64,000 nt of DNA from Seison nebaliae. Its lineage: Eukaryota. Under the pieces are notes generated by a model. That model was not told the DNA's origin, did not search any database, and was given only the letters and a program-made list of their open reading frames with translations. Positions 1-11,688 of this stretch are shown piece by piece. A program made the translations under genes and the position numbers. Positions within the stretch are counted from its first letter, which is position 1. Each line of letters begins with the position of its first letter. Location of the stretch: the NCBI GenBank assembly GCA_023231475.1, contig JALJEE010002436.1, forward strand, positions 124,001-188,000. Reading direction: 5' to 3'.

Positions 1-699
1 CCTTCAATTTCATTGACTTTATTTAATCGTCTTCTTATCGCTCATTCCGAATCATATTCTCCACAAATATACATAAGATAAGAACCATCACCGTCACCAT
101 CAAATGTTGACGAGACGAAAGAATTTGTAAAACTTTATCAAATCTCTTTATCGGAAAAAAAAGGAAAAATTATGAAAAAGAAATATTGTGACGACAGAGC
201 GAATTACTTTTTCTTTTTCACACAATTCCCAACCAGGAAATGTCAAACACGTAATAAACCACTAGAATACTCATTTGTCACATGCATAGTCTCATTGGAA
301 TTCTCTCTATTTCTATCAATTCCTTCATTTTCCTTCCACAAACTGCTCTTCTTAGGAACATATATCCTTTCCTCATTAATACACCAACTTTTATGATTCG
401 ATTTTTATTGCGATCTCCACTTACCATAACTACAACTCATATTCTCTTCATTCTCAGATCTCATTGCAATGATACGATTAAACAAATCGATTCGACGGAA
501 GAAGTGAACGATTATGACTTCTATTTGAAAGGTTCCAACACTGCCTTAGATTTAACTATGCCAAGTCATTATTTTGCGGGAAGGATTATCGAAGGAAGAT
601 GTTAGTATCTTGTAATAATTTCGTTTTTTCTCTCAACTTTTATGACACGGAAAATTTCCATTTATCTGATGATGAATAAACAAAATCAGTTCCCTCACT

Positions 700-2968
700 T
701 TAACATCGACGTGATAGCTCATTTAAGTTGACCCAACGCTTTTTGGGCGAAGACAATCTGAATGTGAAATGTCAAAAAACATATAAATATTTCTATCTCT
801 GGAACGCTTTACACAGTTGATTCTTGGAGGAAAAAGTCCATTCAAATGAAACTCGTTGACTTACTGCCAAACTCATTCATCCACCAGTTTCCATGTGAAA
901 TTCGTTTTTAATATGCTAAATTTATATTCTCTAAACCGAATTAACGAATATGTCCAATCGACGTCGTCGTTCGGTTTGTGGAGAGGAGAAACAGTTTTTA
1001 TATTCATCAATTATTTTCGCTTCACTAAGAAATTCATCTCAAGAAGTTATAAGTTGATGAGTGAGAACTTCACAGAGGCACTCGTCTTCATCAGATGTAT
1101 GTGTTTCCCTTTTAACACCCATACGAACTCGAATAATATTCCATTTAATTTAAAACTTCCACGAATTGATAACATGACGTTACATATGATCTTAAGAATA
1201 TTAATCAATAAAAACGATAGAAGTATGTAAATAGTTCATCTGTTTCGGATTGATTTCATTTCTACTTCTTTCTTCCATTTTTACAATATCTCACAAATCG
1301 TATCGTCATCAAAATCAGTTAAAAGAACATTAAACATATCCAATTTCCATCTGATGTCGTCTTATAAATTCAAAATGAGAAACATATCAACATCCTTTCT
1401 TTCTAATAAAAGATGTAATTCCTCTAATTTCCTCTTCTTCCCCCTTCAAAAAAAATATGTACCTTAAAATAAGGTATTGGAGAAGAAACTCCAAAAGAAG
1501 CCTCTCTAATATTCAAAGTAAGTGGTCTTGGAGAAGAATATGATAAATAAAATTTTTATAATTTTAAATAATTGTTTATGGGTCTTTTAGAATTCATCAG
1601 AATTGCAATAGAATCGTTATTATATTGAATATGTAAAGTTGAGAACGTGAATATGAATATCGTCCGAGAAATAAAGTCTTGAAAATTAAGGATTTTTCTA
1701 TTTATTATATCATTCTCCTTATTCGTCAATAACACACGTCCATATGATTTGTGAGGAATGTCGTTAGGAAGAATAACAGATGTTCCCCAGAATATTCGAT
1801 CCATCATCAGATGGAGAACTGCTATGAAGTGGACAATCATCTGAATATGAAAGGAATGTATGTTCATTCTCAATGTTTTTCCTTCTAAATTATAGAATGT
1901 TGACTTTTCCACATCGGTCCCTTTGGAAAATAATATGAACGAAAATGTTGATCACCATTCAAAATAAGTTTATGCAAATGACGATACAGATGAGAGTGAG
2001 GAATGAGGACCATGCCTGTTTGAGTTTCAAATATCTCGTTCTCTCTCCTTTTTAACGGTTTCCATATTATTCATGCAACTGAATATGTGAAGGGACGACA
2101 TTATAAGGAAGATGGATCGGCAATTTAATGTCAAACTTGTAATGTTTCGCATCGTTATTGAAGACATTTGATTCCTATAAAATTCATCTCATAAAACGGT
2201 CAATTCTCCGGAATTTTAATTTGGGAGAGACTCCTAATTAATTTCTGTTTACAAACGTATTTTCGTCATTCGATGTTTGTAAGTCTTCGAATTTCAAGAT
2301 TGAGATTCAAATTCCTCTATTTGTTCATTGAATAAGTAATGAAGTTAATATAGGAAATGGACTGAGGAGAATTAAAAAGGAAATTTTTATGTGTTCCCTT
2401 CCAAAAATTAAAGTGTTGAAATTTTAATAATTCGAATAATTGTGAAATTATATTTAAGACTTACCTTTTCTGTCCCTCATAGTCAACGTGATTCGATTCA
2501 TCCAACATTTATTCCACTTTCATTTTAGACGAAGTAATTGTTGAATTGACAATTCACACCGACATACGTTTCGATGTCTTCGAAGTGTAGATACGAGAGA
2601 TATTGAGATGTTGACATAAATAAAGTTTTTGGTTCTTTTTCTGCAGTTGCAACAAACGATGACATCAACAACAAAAATATTTACTGCTCATTATAATAAT
2701 AGGTAGAATGATAATCATCTACTGATGTAACATAGAGAAGATAATCATTAATAATCAGGTAAATAAAATTATAATCCACAATTCGTTCAATTTGGACACA
2801 ATTGACATTTGATGCTTTTTCGTCGGATGAATATGAGATAGAGATTGGATATGATTCATATAGAAGTTTGAGATGAAATTTAAACTCATTCGAATGATGA
2901 ATATTCGAATAATGTTTCTCATTCTCATCAACTATTTTCATAACTTTCTCTCGTAATGTCTCTGCCAT
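700..2968 (-). pseudogene. Possible decayed coding remnant of an unidentified family (boundaries approximate)
   Basis: Minus-strand frames read as protein-like text through isolated stops and frame changes, e.g. YYYNEQ*IFLLLMSSFVATAEKEPKTLF, KRKLEELHLLLERKDVDMFLILNL*DDIRWKLDMF, DECLCEVLTHQLITS*DEFLSEAKIIDEYK. No family recognised. Confidence 0.3.
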
Positions 2969-3523
2969 GTCGGAGGGGGAGGAATGAAAGGAATTTCTCT
3001 ACTCCACTTCATGGGAGACATTTAACGGTAGCAAAGAAAACTACCATCATCTTGTGACAAACATTTAGTCCAAGGTCATCCGATCTGGCATGTAAGAACA
3101 AAAGGAGGAAAAAGATATGTGAAGACTAATTTTATGAAATTATTTATTTTAATTATTATTCGTTAATTATTGGTATGTGTGGAGAGGAATGATAAGATAA
3201 AGTTGATTTTAGTATAAAGTTCGGTTAAATCTCAAACATTTTCATTTGGTCGCTTACTGCAACTCAGCGTTCATGGCTCATTCCCCTACGTAAATGTTGG
3301 TTGCGTAATGGGTGAACTGAATTCGTTTCCGTTTTAGTAAAATAATGATCATTTGATATTGGCGAATTAATTCGTTTAAGAAAAACCACATGAAATCTTT
3401 TCAGGAATTCATTAGTCTCCCATTGGAATATCTTCTCATTCCATACCAATTTCTGTTGTTGTTCAGATTATGAATATTTTTAAAGAAGAGAAACATCTCT
3501 AAAAAGTATGAACATCACTTATC

Positions 3524-5134
3524 ATGAATTATCAAACGACTAAATCAATCGATAATAAACGAACTCATACAAATGTACGACAAAAAGATTATCAGAATGC
3601 CATCGATGAATTGGTCCATCGAATTACTTCTACGTCACCACAACGATATGTCACTTCCACCACACCACACAAATATTTGACGTCAACTCATGAATTGCCT
3701 CGAGTGTCGTTGAAAAAACCGGTCGCCTCAACTCAGAGACCGACACTCAGAGGAGGTAGATCGAGAAATTGTTCGATGATCGAACAGCGGTCCTTGCCCA
3801 CTACTACGTCCTCATCATCTCATCTCGCATTGACAAGGCCATCGATACCGACCGGACGGACATCTCCACGTCCGATTATCAAATCGCCTTCGTCAACTGT
3901 CAGAATACGAAAACCGTTAGTGAGGAATAATGAAATGAGTGGAAATAATAATGGAGGAAATAAACCGGTTTTATCTGATCAAACGACCAATTTCGCTGAT
4001 GTATTGGATGAATTGACTTTTAGAAATTGGGAAAAAAAGAGGAAATTCCATCGTCGGTCAACATTAGTGGCAGATACGATTAAGAAAAAGTTTCCTCATC
4101 ATTTCCATCATTCATCGACCAGCAGCACCAATAGTAGCAGCAGTAGTAGTGGTAATACGAGTGATAGTGATTCGACATCTTCCGAATCATCTGATAAGTC
4201 GAAATCACTATCAATTACGTCATATTTATCAAACGATGATGAGCAACAGTTCCGTACTAGTGGCGAATCAGAATCATATACATCGTCTGATTATGAAACA
4301 GAAAATGAGAAGACTTTCTCAACAGAGTCGATTCACCGAGCGATCGAATCAATCAAACCAAAAAAAGATCTCCATACAAACATCGAATATAGTCCTGATG
4401 GGAAGGCAATTATTAAAACGAATCGATCTTTCTTTTATGCATTTCCTCCAATTCTCCATAAACAATTGAATGATTTATCGAGTAAATTCAAATTGAATGA
4501 GAAATCATTAAATAATCTTCGCCAATTCAACACTTCACCTTATCTCCTTAATTTCAATCAAACGAAACAAGAAAAACGAATTGAAACAGTTTTTGCCGAT
4601 TCGTCAACGGAAAGTGATTTGAATGAATCGACTGTCCGAGGATCGGTGACAACGAAAAAGAAGAAACGATCAATTCGACGACGCATCTCCGAATACCAGT
4701 GGAAACGTGAGTATTCATCATTTGAGCTACTGAAAAGTAAATCGCTAATTTCCATCTCAAATCTTAATCTATTGTCACCAACAATTACAACAACTTCATT
4801 CAAACGAAGTCAAAGTTGTGAATTATGTTTGTCGATTGACGATTTGATTTTAGAGGACACATCTGAAATTAGTGAAATTGGAGAGATTGATGAGAGGATC
4901 ATCATTAAAAAGAAATCATACAAAGAATCGAATTTAGTTGGAAAGAATCAATTCCAATATTCATCATCTCCTGAACATCCATTCTCGTTCAAATCGTCCA
5001 AATTGCTGGGAACTAGAATGGCAATCAATAAATTTTCTCATGCGCTCATCAAACCATTTACGTCAACCGATTCTTTTCGATTTAGAAATCCCTTAACATC
5101 ATTTGGTCAGTCTTCCATTTTCCAATTGACTTAA
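3524..5134 (+). CDS. 536-aa Ser/Thr/Arg-rich, probably disordered protein or first coding exon of a larger gene
   Basis: 1.6-kb stop-free ORF in AT-rich DNA, no recognisable domain. Candidate phase-1 donor G|GTCAGT at 5106. Confidence 0.75.
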   Translation: MNYQTTKSIDNKRTHTNVRQKDYQNAIDELVHRITSTSPQRYVTSTTPHKYLTSTHELPRVSLKKPVASTQRPTLRGGRSRNCSMIEQRSLPTTTSSSSHLALTRPSIPTGRTSPRPIIKSPSSTVRIRKPLVRNNEMSGNNNGGNKPVLSDQTTNFADVLDELTFRNWEKKRKFHRRSTLVADTIKKKFPHHFHHSSTSSTNSSSSSSGNTSDSDSTSSESSDKSKSLSITSYLSNDDEQQFRTSGESESYTSSDYETENEKTFSTESIHRAIESIKPKKDLHTNIEYSPDGKAIIKTNRSFFYAFPPILHKQLNDLSSKFKLNEKSLNNLRQFNTSPYLLNFNQTKQEKRIETVFADSSTESDLNESTVRGSVTTKKKKRSIRRRISEYQWKREYSSFELLKSKSLISISNLNLLSPTITTTSFKRSQSCELCLSIDDLILEDTSEISEIGEIDERIIIKKKSYKESNLVGKNQFQYSSSPEHPFSFKSSKLLGTRMAINKFSHALIKPFTSTDSFRFRNPLTSFGQSSIFQLT

Positions 5135-7795
5135 TGATATTTCGTCATTATCATCTCATCAGCTAAAACATTCGTCTTAGAAAGAAGTGGATGAATTAAT
5201 TGCATCGACATAAAATCTTTTCAACTATCGAATAAGAATTTTAATTAGAAAAATTTCATTTTCTTCTTTTTTTGCGATTCTTCCAATTTCTTTCCTAATT
5301 CATCATTCGAGCAATATCTAATAATTTTCCTTTTTTTCACAGCCAAACGCGATGATCTCAAGAACAATTATTCGGTTACATTTCCTTTCCACTAATTCTC
5401 ATTTACTTCTAAACTTTTAAATTATATTTTTAATATTATTATTATTATTTTTATTATTATTAATCATTAAATAAGTTATTAGTGTTAGTCATGCGAAGTA
5501 AAATAAGTATTTGAACAATATGAATTTTGTAAAGAGAGAGTTTTCATTGCATATGATTTGCATGGGATAATAGGAGCAATTAGGTGTTCTGCACACTTCT
5601 CTAGATTCATCTTCCATCTACATCGACAATGACAAATACCGGAAAGGAGTATGGTAATGAAATGTGGATTAATGTAGAAAGTTGTTATCTCTACAATAAC
5701 AAGAGAATCACTTCCTTTTCCTATCAATTGAGAAGGAGATGAAAGACGACATGGGAATTATAATTTGGAAAATTGAGACGAAAACAGAAACAGAATCCTC
5801 TAATTATGAAAGTGGGGAGAAGCAAACAAATTTTGAAGTTGCAGTTGTTTAATTCATAAACATGGCGTGGGGTGAGGTTATGCGAGGCGAGAATAATCTC
5901 TTCGGGGACTGATGGTGGAGAACTGAATTAATATGGAACGTCCATTAAGTTAATGATACATGTATGTATGTGCTTCATCGGCAAGCAATCTTTGATATTT
6001 GTGTGCGGAAAGGTTATGATAGGAGGATGAGAAAAATTAGAAATTCAAATGGTTTATTCTTGATGAAAATCTTATTTTGATTGCACTGGAATCTTGCGTG
6101 TAAACACGATTGTCAGCGTAATAATTTGATTTGATGAATGAAAGAATGAAAGAAAGAAATAAAGAAGGAAAGAAAGAGATTTATGGAATCGATAGAGAAT
6201 TCAGGTCGTTATGCTTCCATGTATTCGTCTGATGATGTGTATGTGTCTGGTGCAGGAATATTTCGATCATTTCAGTTCAGAAACTATATTTCCCTTATTG
6301 TTAATGATAAAAAGATTTCTTTCCAACAATTTTCATTTATTGTAAATTACATCGAACTTCTTCCTATAATTGATTTCCTGTTGTCGAAGGACAATAGGCA
6401 AATGTACAACATCAGTTATGTAATGTTAATTCACGTTTATTTCGAGGGTAGTGAAGTTATAAGGTGTTGCACGAAGAAGGAAAGAAAATCTAATTTTTCA
6501 TTCTGTATCTTTCTTTCATTCTCCTGTCTTCATCTCGTCTCGTTTGCCTTCTTGTTCCCATTTCTTAGAACGATGATCATGATGATGATGATACACCTTC
6601 ATGCGTCAGATATAATGAATATTATTGGAGGATGAAATAACACTTAACAACAACAACAACAATAACATCAACAACTAAGCACATAGACATATAAGAGAAG
6701 TATCTTTTCTACCAGAATCATTCAGTAAAATGATGTATTGTAGAAGTATGATAATCATTCGTTATATAACGACGATGAGACAGGAGTTGAATGGTAGGGA
6801 GAGAATTATTTCGTTTGGAATTAAGTTCGTTTCTTGTTTTACTTATCTCATTGGTAATGGTGCTAACGCGATTATTAATTATTATCGTCATCACTTTCAG
6901 TATTGAACAGTTATGGGCAGCGATGTAAAACAAACGTAGATTATGCAATCTTCTATTTATTCTTACGTGTCGATTATTCAAGTGTTTAATAAGATTGAAT
7001 GCGAAGAAAGAAGAATTCGATAAGAATTCTTCGTAGCCCCGACGAAGAATTGCCTTCGAGAAGAATGTTGACAAAATAAAATTCCAGTTACCTTTCATTT
7101 GCACGATCTGCATATCATCCAGGAAGTAATGAAAATCTGTTCAGTTGAATAATTTGTTATTGACAAGTAATTTGGGGAAAGCCTTCTAACTCTTCTCATA
7201 TTCATCCAAATCGTTGATAATGTATATGCAAATAAATTATTTGGATAAATGTCGATCCCGAACTTATTTATCCATTTCTCCTCCAAAGAACTATTCTGAA
7301 CATTATTTCACTTTCATTACTTTCCCCCATTTCTCTCCCCTCCTTCCTGTCTTGGATTCGCCTTCGTTAAAATTCAAGTTCGCTCTCCCTCCCTCAAATT
7401 CGTGTCTGACAATTTAACAACTTGTAATTGTTATTCTTTATAGTCGACTAATAAAGTCTGAATTGATAGGTGAAAAATTATCATCGGACTATCATTATAC
7501 AACTTTCAAATTATTACTTTATGTATTTGTTCTTATTTTATGTTATGTGTGCTAAAGTTGAATGGAAAGAAATTGAACGTCAATTCGTTTGAAGGTAAGA
7601 GAAAAGGTTGTCTCCAGGGTTAAGGAGAATAAAATTTAATTTCTTAATCACCATGAATATAATCAGTCATTTCTCCTAAACCATAATAGAACCGAATATC
7701 ATTGTTGTAGGATTATCAGGAAAAGCAGAGAGATTCTTCTTCATTCTGCGATGATGTCAGTGAAGGATGATTAGTGAAATGTCATAGGAACATTT

Positions 7796-10375
7796 GTGGA
7801 AGAAATGTCTTCGGATAAACGAAAAAACGATTCGTTGGATCGATTACGTTTTCAGCGTATGAATCCCGATGAATTGAAGAAGCGATTTCCTTTCAAACAT
7901 TTCTTATCTGATAATTCCGTTTTCCGATATCGTTTCGATTCCATCTGCTCCGCTATTTTCGCCTCGTCACCCACGTCACCGACAAATGTAACTAAATCGA
8001 CTGCGAGTAAGAAATCGTTATCGGAAGCATTCTCATCAGCCATCAGTCGTCATTCATCTAAACGGAAATTGATATCGAATGATATTCATTCTGGTGCAAA
8101 TCACTCTTTGGACACTAACCAAATTGGCCGATCAGTTGATTCATTGTTTACATCGAGTCCTGTTAATTGTCAGAAGAGTTTTGTGGGAAACAGTCATCGA
8201 TATTTTAAGAAATTACGATCAATTTCCGATAGTGAGAAGAAGATATCAACGAAAGCACTTCTTCTCAGTAGAAGAAAGACAGGCTGCCATTCAACGTTGT
8301 CATCGCCTAAGACAATTGCGCCAACAAGAATTACATCGAAGAATGCTCCATTCATTCGAACGACGAATTCATTTGCGTATCGGCATCTGAAGAATTTGAA
8401 AAGTGGAAAGTATAATAATGTTCAACAAGAGAGTACGAAAAGTAGGAAAGATAATGAGCCAATTTTCATTTATACTTTGAGGAAGCCAAGCAAAGCGCAT
8501 ATTATCGATGCCAACATAACAAAAAGCGATTATTTCTATAAATTCTTTGGTGATTATGTTCCTCGATTAAGTGAGGAGAACGAATGTGAGGAAGAGTGTG
8601 CCGACGAAGAAGCAAACAAAAAGACTGAGGAGTTGGAGGAGGCACGTCAAAATTCGACGAATTCGAATGAGCGTTACGGCAAACAGATAAGAGCTCGAGT
8701 GAAGCACAACTTGAGAATATCGAAGAAGTTCCAAAAGAAATTATTAAATAATCAATTGATCGAATTAAATTCAAATAAGATGGGACAGAAATATTCGAAT
8801 TATCATTCTATCACTAATATGAATCATTCATCGTCTCAATCTCATAATAAAAACATTCATCATTATCGTTACGAACATCATAATGAGAACAATACTCATT
8901 CACTTCATCGTCATCATCATCGTGAACAAACAGATCGACAACAACATATCTCCAATAATTCCATTAATAATTCTCATCGATATCGTCAAAATCACCAATT
9001 GGAATATCATCAAGTGAGAAGAAGTTTGGATGATGAATTGAGAGAATCAGATCAAACGAACGAAAGTGACAACTGTTGGAGTGATAAGAGGTTGAAATGT
9101 TTCCAATATAATTATACTGATAATTATAAGACGAAATCGTTGGTAATCGAAGACGGTGATGATGGAGAACTAGACGAAATCTTTTCTTCCTATCGACGAG
9201 TTAGTGCATCGATGGGATCGTTAGAGAAGGAGAAAACTTCATCCGAATTAACTTTGTTGGATATGAAATTAATGGAGGAGAAGTATACTCCCCTACCATC
9301 CGACGAAATCATTCAAAGGTCGACGAAGCATACGGATCGAGGTGAACAATTAAATAACATTTTCAATTATTCATCCAATCCCATATCCTATTCACCAGAC
9401 AATAAAGAACCGTTGCATAATAATGTTTCCATGGCAACGAGTAATAATTATGTGGATCAATCAAATTTATCAATACCATCTTTTGAGAATAGGTCACGAC
9501 AGAGGATTGATATCATTCCGCCACACTCAAATAAATTATCAATGACATTAGGTCAATCATCTTTATCAATTGAGCGGAGGACGAACAGTGAGTGCAGTAC
9601 ACTAATGTGCGATAAGCAAGAACAAATAGGTGATTTGAAAATGGAATTGAGAAAGAGAAAAATGCCCAAACAAAATTTTTGGAGAATGTCGATGAATAAG
9701 AATATCAATTCGATCGATTACCATTTGAAGGAAGAGGAGAATATGCATGAATTCGGGACAAAATCTACACCGATTTCCCCAAAGAACTTCGAACGAAAAG
9801 ATATTGAAGGCGAATTCAAATTCAAAACTTATTCAACAAATATTAATTCACGTATAGGCAGCAGTAATGCCTTAATGTCAACAACGAACTTCTGTTCGAT
9901 CGAGAATGACAAAATCAATTCCACAATATCCAATTTTCCAAATTCTCATAAACTTGTATCGATTTCCATTCCATCATCTTTTCGCTCTAAATCCACGACC
10001 ATTACCACTGCACCAATATCAAATATGACATCGATGAAAACACCTCCACCAACCACCATCAACACTACCACCATCACCACCAACACCAACACCATTAACA
10101 ACAACAACAACAACAACAACAATAGCTCAACAATATCGTCAACAACAACATTAAATAGTATTACTGGAAATCGTCTTAATCGTTTTAAGCAAACATTTGC
10201 ACAGAAACGATTCTCTTTCATGAAAACTTATTCTAATCGTTTAAGTGATACGAGTATAGATTCGATAACGGGAAATGATGAAAATATCGTTCGATCATTA
10301 TTTCTTATTTTTATTATTTTCAAAAAAATAGTTATCATTCCAAAACAGATCAGATTAGCATCGAATACAGATTAG
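7796..10375 (+). CDS. Large Ser/Asn/His-rich coding exon (~830 aa), no recognisable domain
   Basis: 2.6-kb ORF. Probable true bounds 7788 (phase-1 TAG acceptor) or ATG 7805, to 10288, where a GTTCGA donor and T-rich intron-like sequence begin. Downstream junction unresolved. Confidence 0.75.
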   Translation: MEEMSSDKRKNDSLDRLRFQRMNPDELKKRFPFKHFLSDNSVFRYRFDSICSAIFASSPTSPTNVTKSTASKKSLSEAFSSAISRHSSKRKLISNDIHSGANHSLDTNQIGRSVDSLFTSSPVNCQKSFVGNSHRYFKKLRSISDSEKKISTKALLLSRRKTGCHSTLSSPKTIAPTRITSKNAPFIRTTNSFAYRHLKNLKSGKYNNVQQESTKSRKDNEPIFIYTLRKPSKAHIIDANITKSDYFYKFFGDYVPRLSEENECEEECADEEANKKTEELEEARQNSTNSNERYGKQIRARVKHNLRISKKFQKKLLNNQLIELNSNKMGQKYSNYHSITNMNHSSSQSHNKNIHHYRYEHHNENNTHSLHRHHHREQTDRQQHISNNSINNSHRYRQNHQLEYHQVRRSLDDELRESDQTNESDNCWSDKRLKCFQYNYTDNYKTKSLVIEDGDDGELDEIFSSYRRVSASMGSLEKEKTSSELTLLDMKLMEEKYTPLPSDEIIQRSTKHTDRGEQLNNIFNYSSNPISYSPDNKEPLHNNVSMATSNNYVDQSNLSIPSFENRSRQRIDIIPPHSNKLSMTLGQSSLSIERRTNSECSTLMCDKQEQIGDLKMELRKRKMPKQNFWRMSMNKNINSIDYHLKEEENMHEFGTKSTPISPKNFERKDIEGEFKFKTYSTNINSRIGSSNALMSTTNFCSIENDKINSTISNFPNSHKLVSISIPSSFRSKSTTITTAPISNMTSMKTPPPTTINTTTITTNTNTINNNNNNNNNSSTISSTTTLNSITGNRLNRFKQTFAQKRFSFMKTYSNRLSDTSIDSITGNDENIVRSLFLIFIIFKKIVIIPKQIRLASNTD
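10097..10120 (+). repeat. (AAC)8 coding microsatellite, poly-Asn
   Basis: Read directly from sequence. Confidence 0.9.
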
Positions 10376-10747
10376 GATTCTTTAAACAGTTCGTTAAATA
10401 TTATGAGAAATACATGAAAAAAATAATTTTATTCTTTAGTTTATCAGATTATTCTCTCCAAATATTAAAAGACAAATTAAATTGAGTAAACTTTAGTCGC
10501 ATATTATGAGAGTCTATTCTCAATAATTATTTCTCCTCTCAAGTACTAGTAGTGATGAATGGAAATAATTGATTGATTGATTATTCACTTTAAATTTCCA
10601 TCCACATAATATTAACACAAGTAATTGAATGTTATTAGCAATATACAATTACATTAGCGTATATATATGGAAATTTTGTATTAAGTAATTTGTAATTCAT
10701 TCCTATATATTATTATTAATTTTTTTTTCATATTTTCTTTTATTCAG

Positions 10748-11191
10748 GTAAGCAATTCTATTCAAACCCAACAGGAATCGCTAATGAAAAAGACAACAAC
10801 AACAGCACCTACGGCAAACACTTCAAACTCGAGTCAGAGTACTAGAATGTCAAGTGGTCATTTCGCGAGTCCTCGTAATGGTAAGAAGCGCAATACGGAA
10901 AGTAATTTATCTTGCGGCCGCTCATCATTTCAGGCAGCCGCCTCGTCGTTCCATAATCAGCACCATCATTTCACTCACCAACAACCACAACATCAAATAC
11001 AAAATCTGCCACAACAGTTACAACAACAGTCGCAGCAGATATCACAACAGTCGAATTCCCAACAGATCATTCAACAGTCGTCGTATCAGCAGCAAAATTT
11101 AATTAACGCGTTTCATCCATCATCACTAATCGATTCGAATCAATTGGATATTAATAACACTACAACAAAAGTCAACAATACTTATGAAATG
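10748..11191 (+). CDS. Gln/Ser-rich internal coding exon (148 codons, phase 0/0)
   Basis: Long pyrimidine tract and CAG ending 10747, open frame continuous with ORF 10784-11314, GTTTGT donor at 11192 followed by a shift to intron-like composition. Confidence 0.6.
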
Positions 11192-11645
11192 GTTTGTAAT
11201 CATCTTCTTCATTCCAATTGTTTTCATTATTCTCCAATTCGTTTCATACCATTTAAATTCCTTTCTTCTCACCACATTCGTGTGGTAAACAGTCATTTTA
11301 TGTATTTGACTTGATTCAAACAAAAATTGTTTCGTCCTATCAATCATCATCATCGTCAATATGACGACAGAAAAGTAACACTTCGCGCCCTACAACTAAT
11401 AGGGAATGTAAAGAATTCCTTCATCTCCTTTTACCTCCATCAATCGGCGAATTGGCAGTGAAAGAAATTGAAAGAAAATACTAAGAGATTTAATTCTGAA
11501 GAAATCGGCTGCTAGGCTTGACAGGTCACCTGAACAATTAACGTCAGTAATACAAACTTACATAATATTGCCATCAGACGTTAGCCTGACATCAATTCAC
11601 ATTTTTTTATTAATGTTTCAAACATCATAATTATCATCGTTCCCT

Positions 11646-11688
11646 CACACACACACACACACACACATTGACACACACAGACACACAG
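11646..11688. repeat. (CA)n microsatellite, imperfect at 3' end
   Basis: Read directly from sequence. Confidence 0.9.

Noticed and set aside
1200..2700. TAA read-through or alternative genetic code suggested by in-frame stops
   Set aside because: Intact genes have multi-kb frames free of TAA/TAG/TGA and end at standard stops; decay explains it better.
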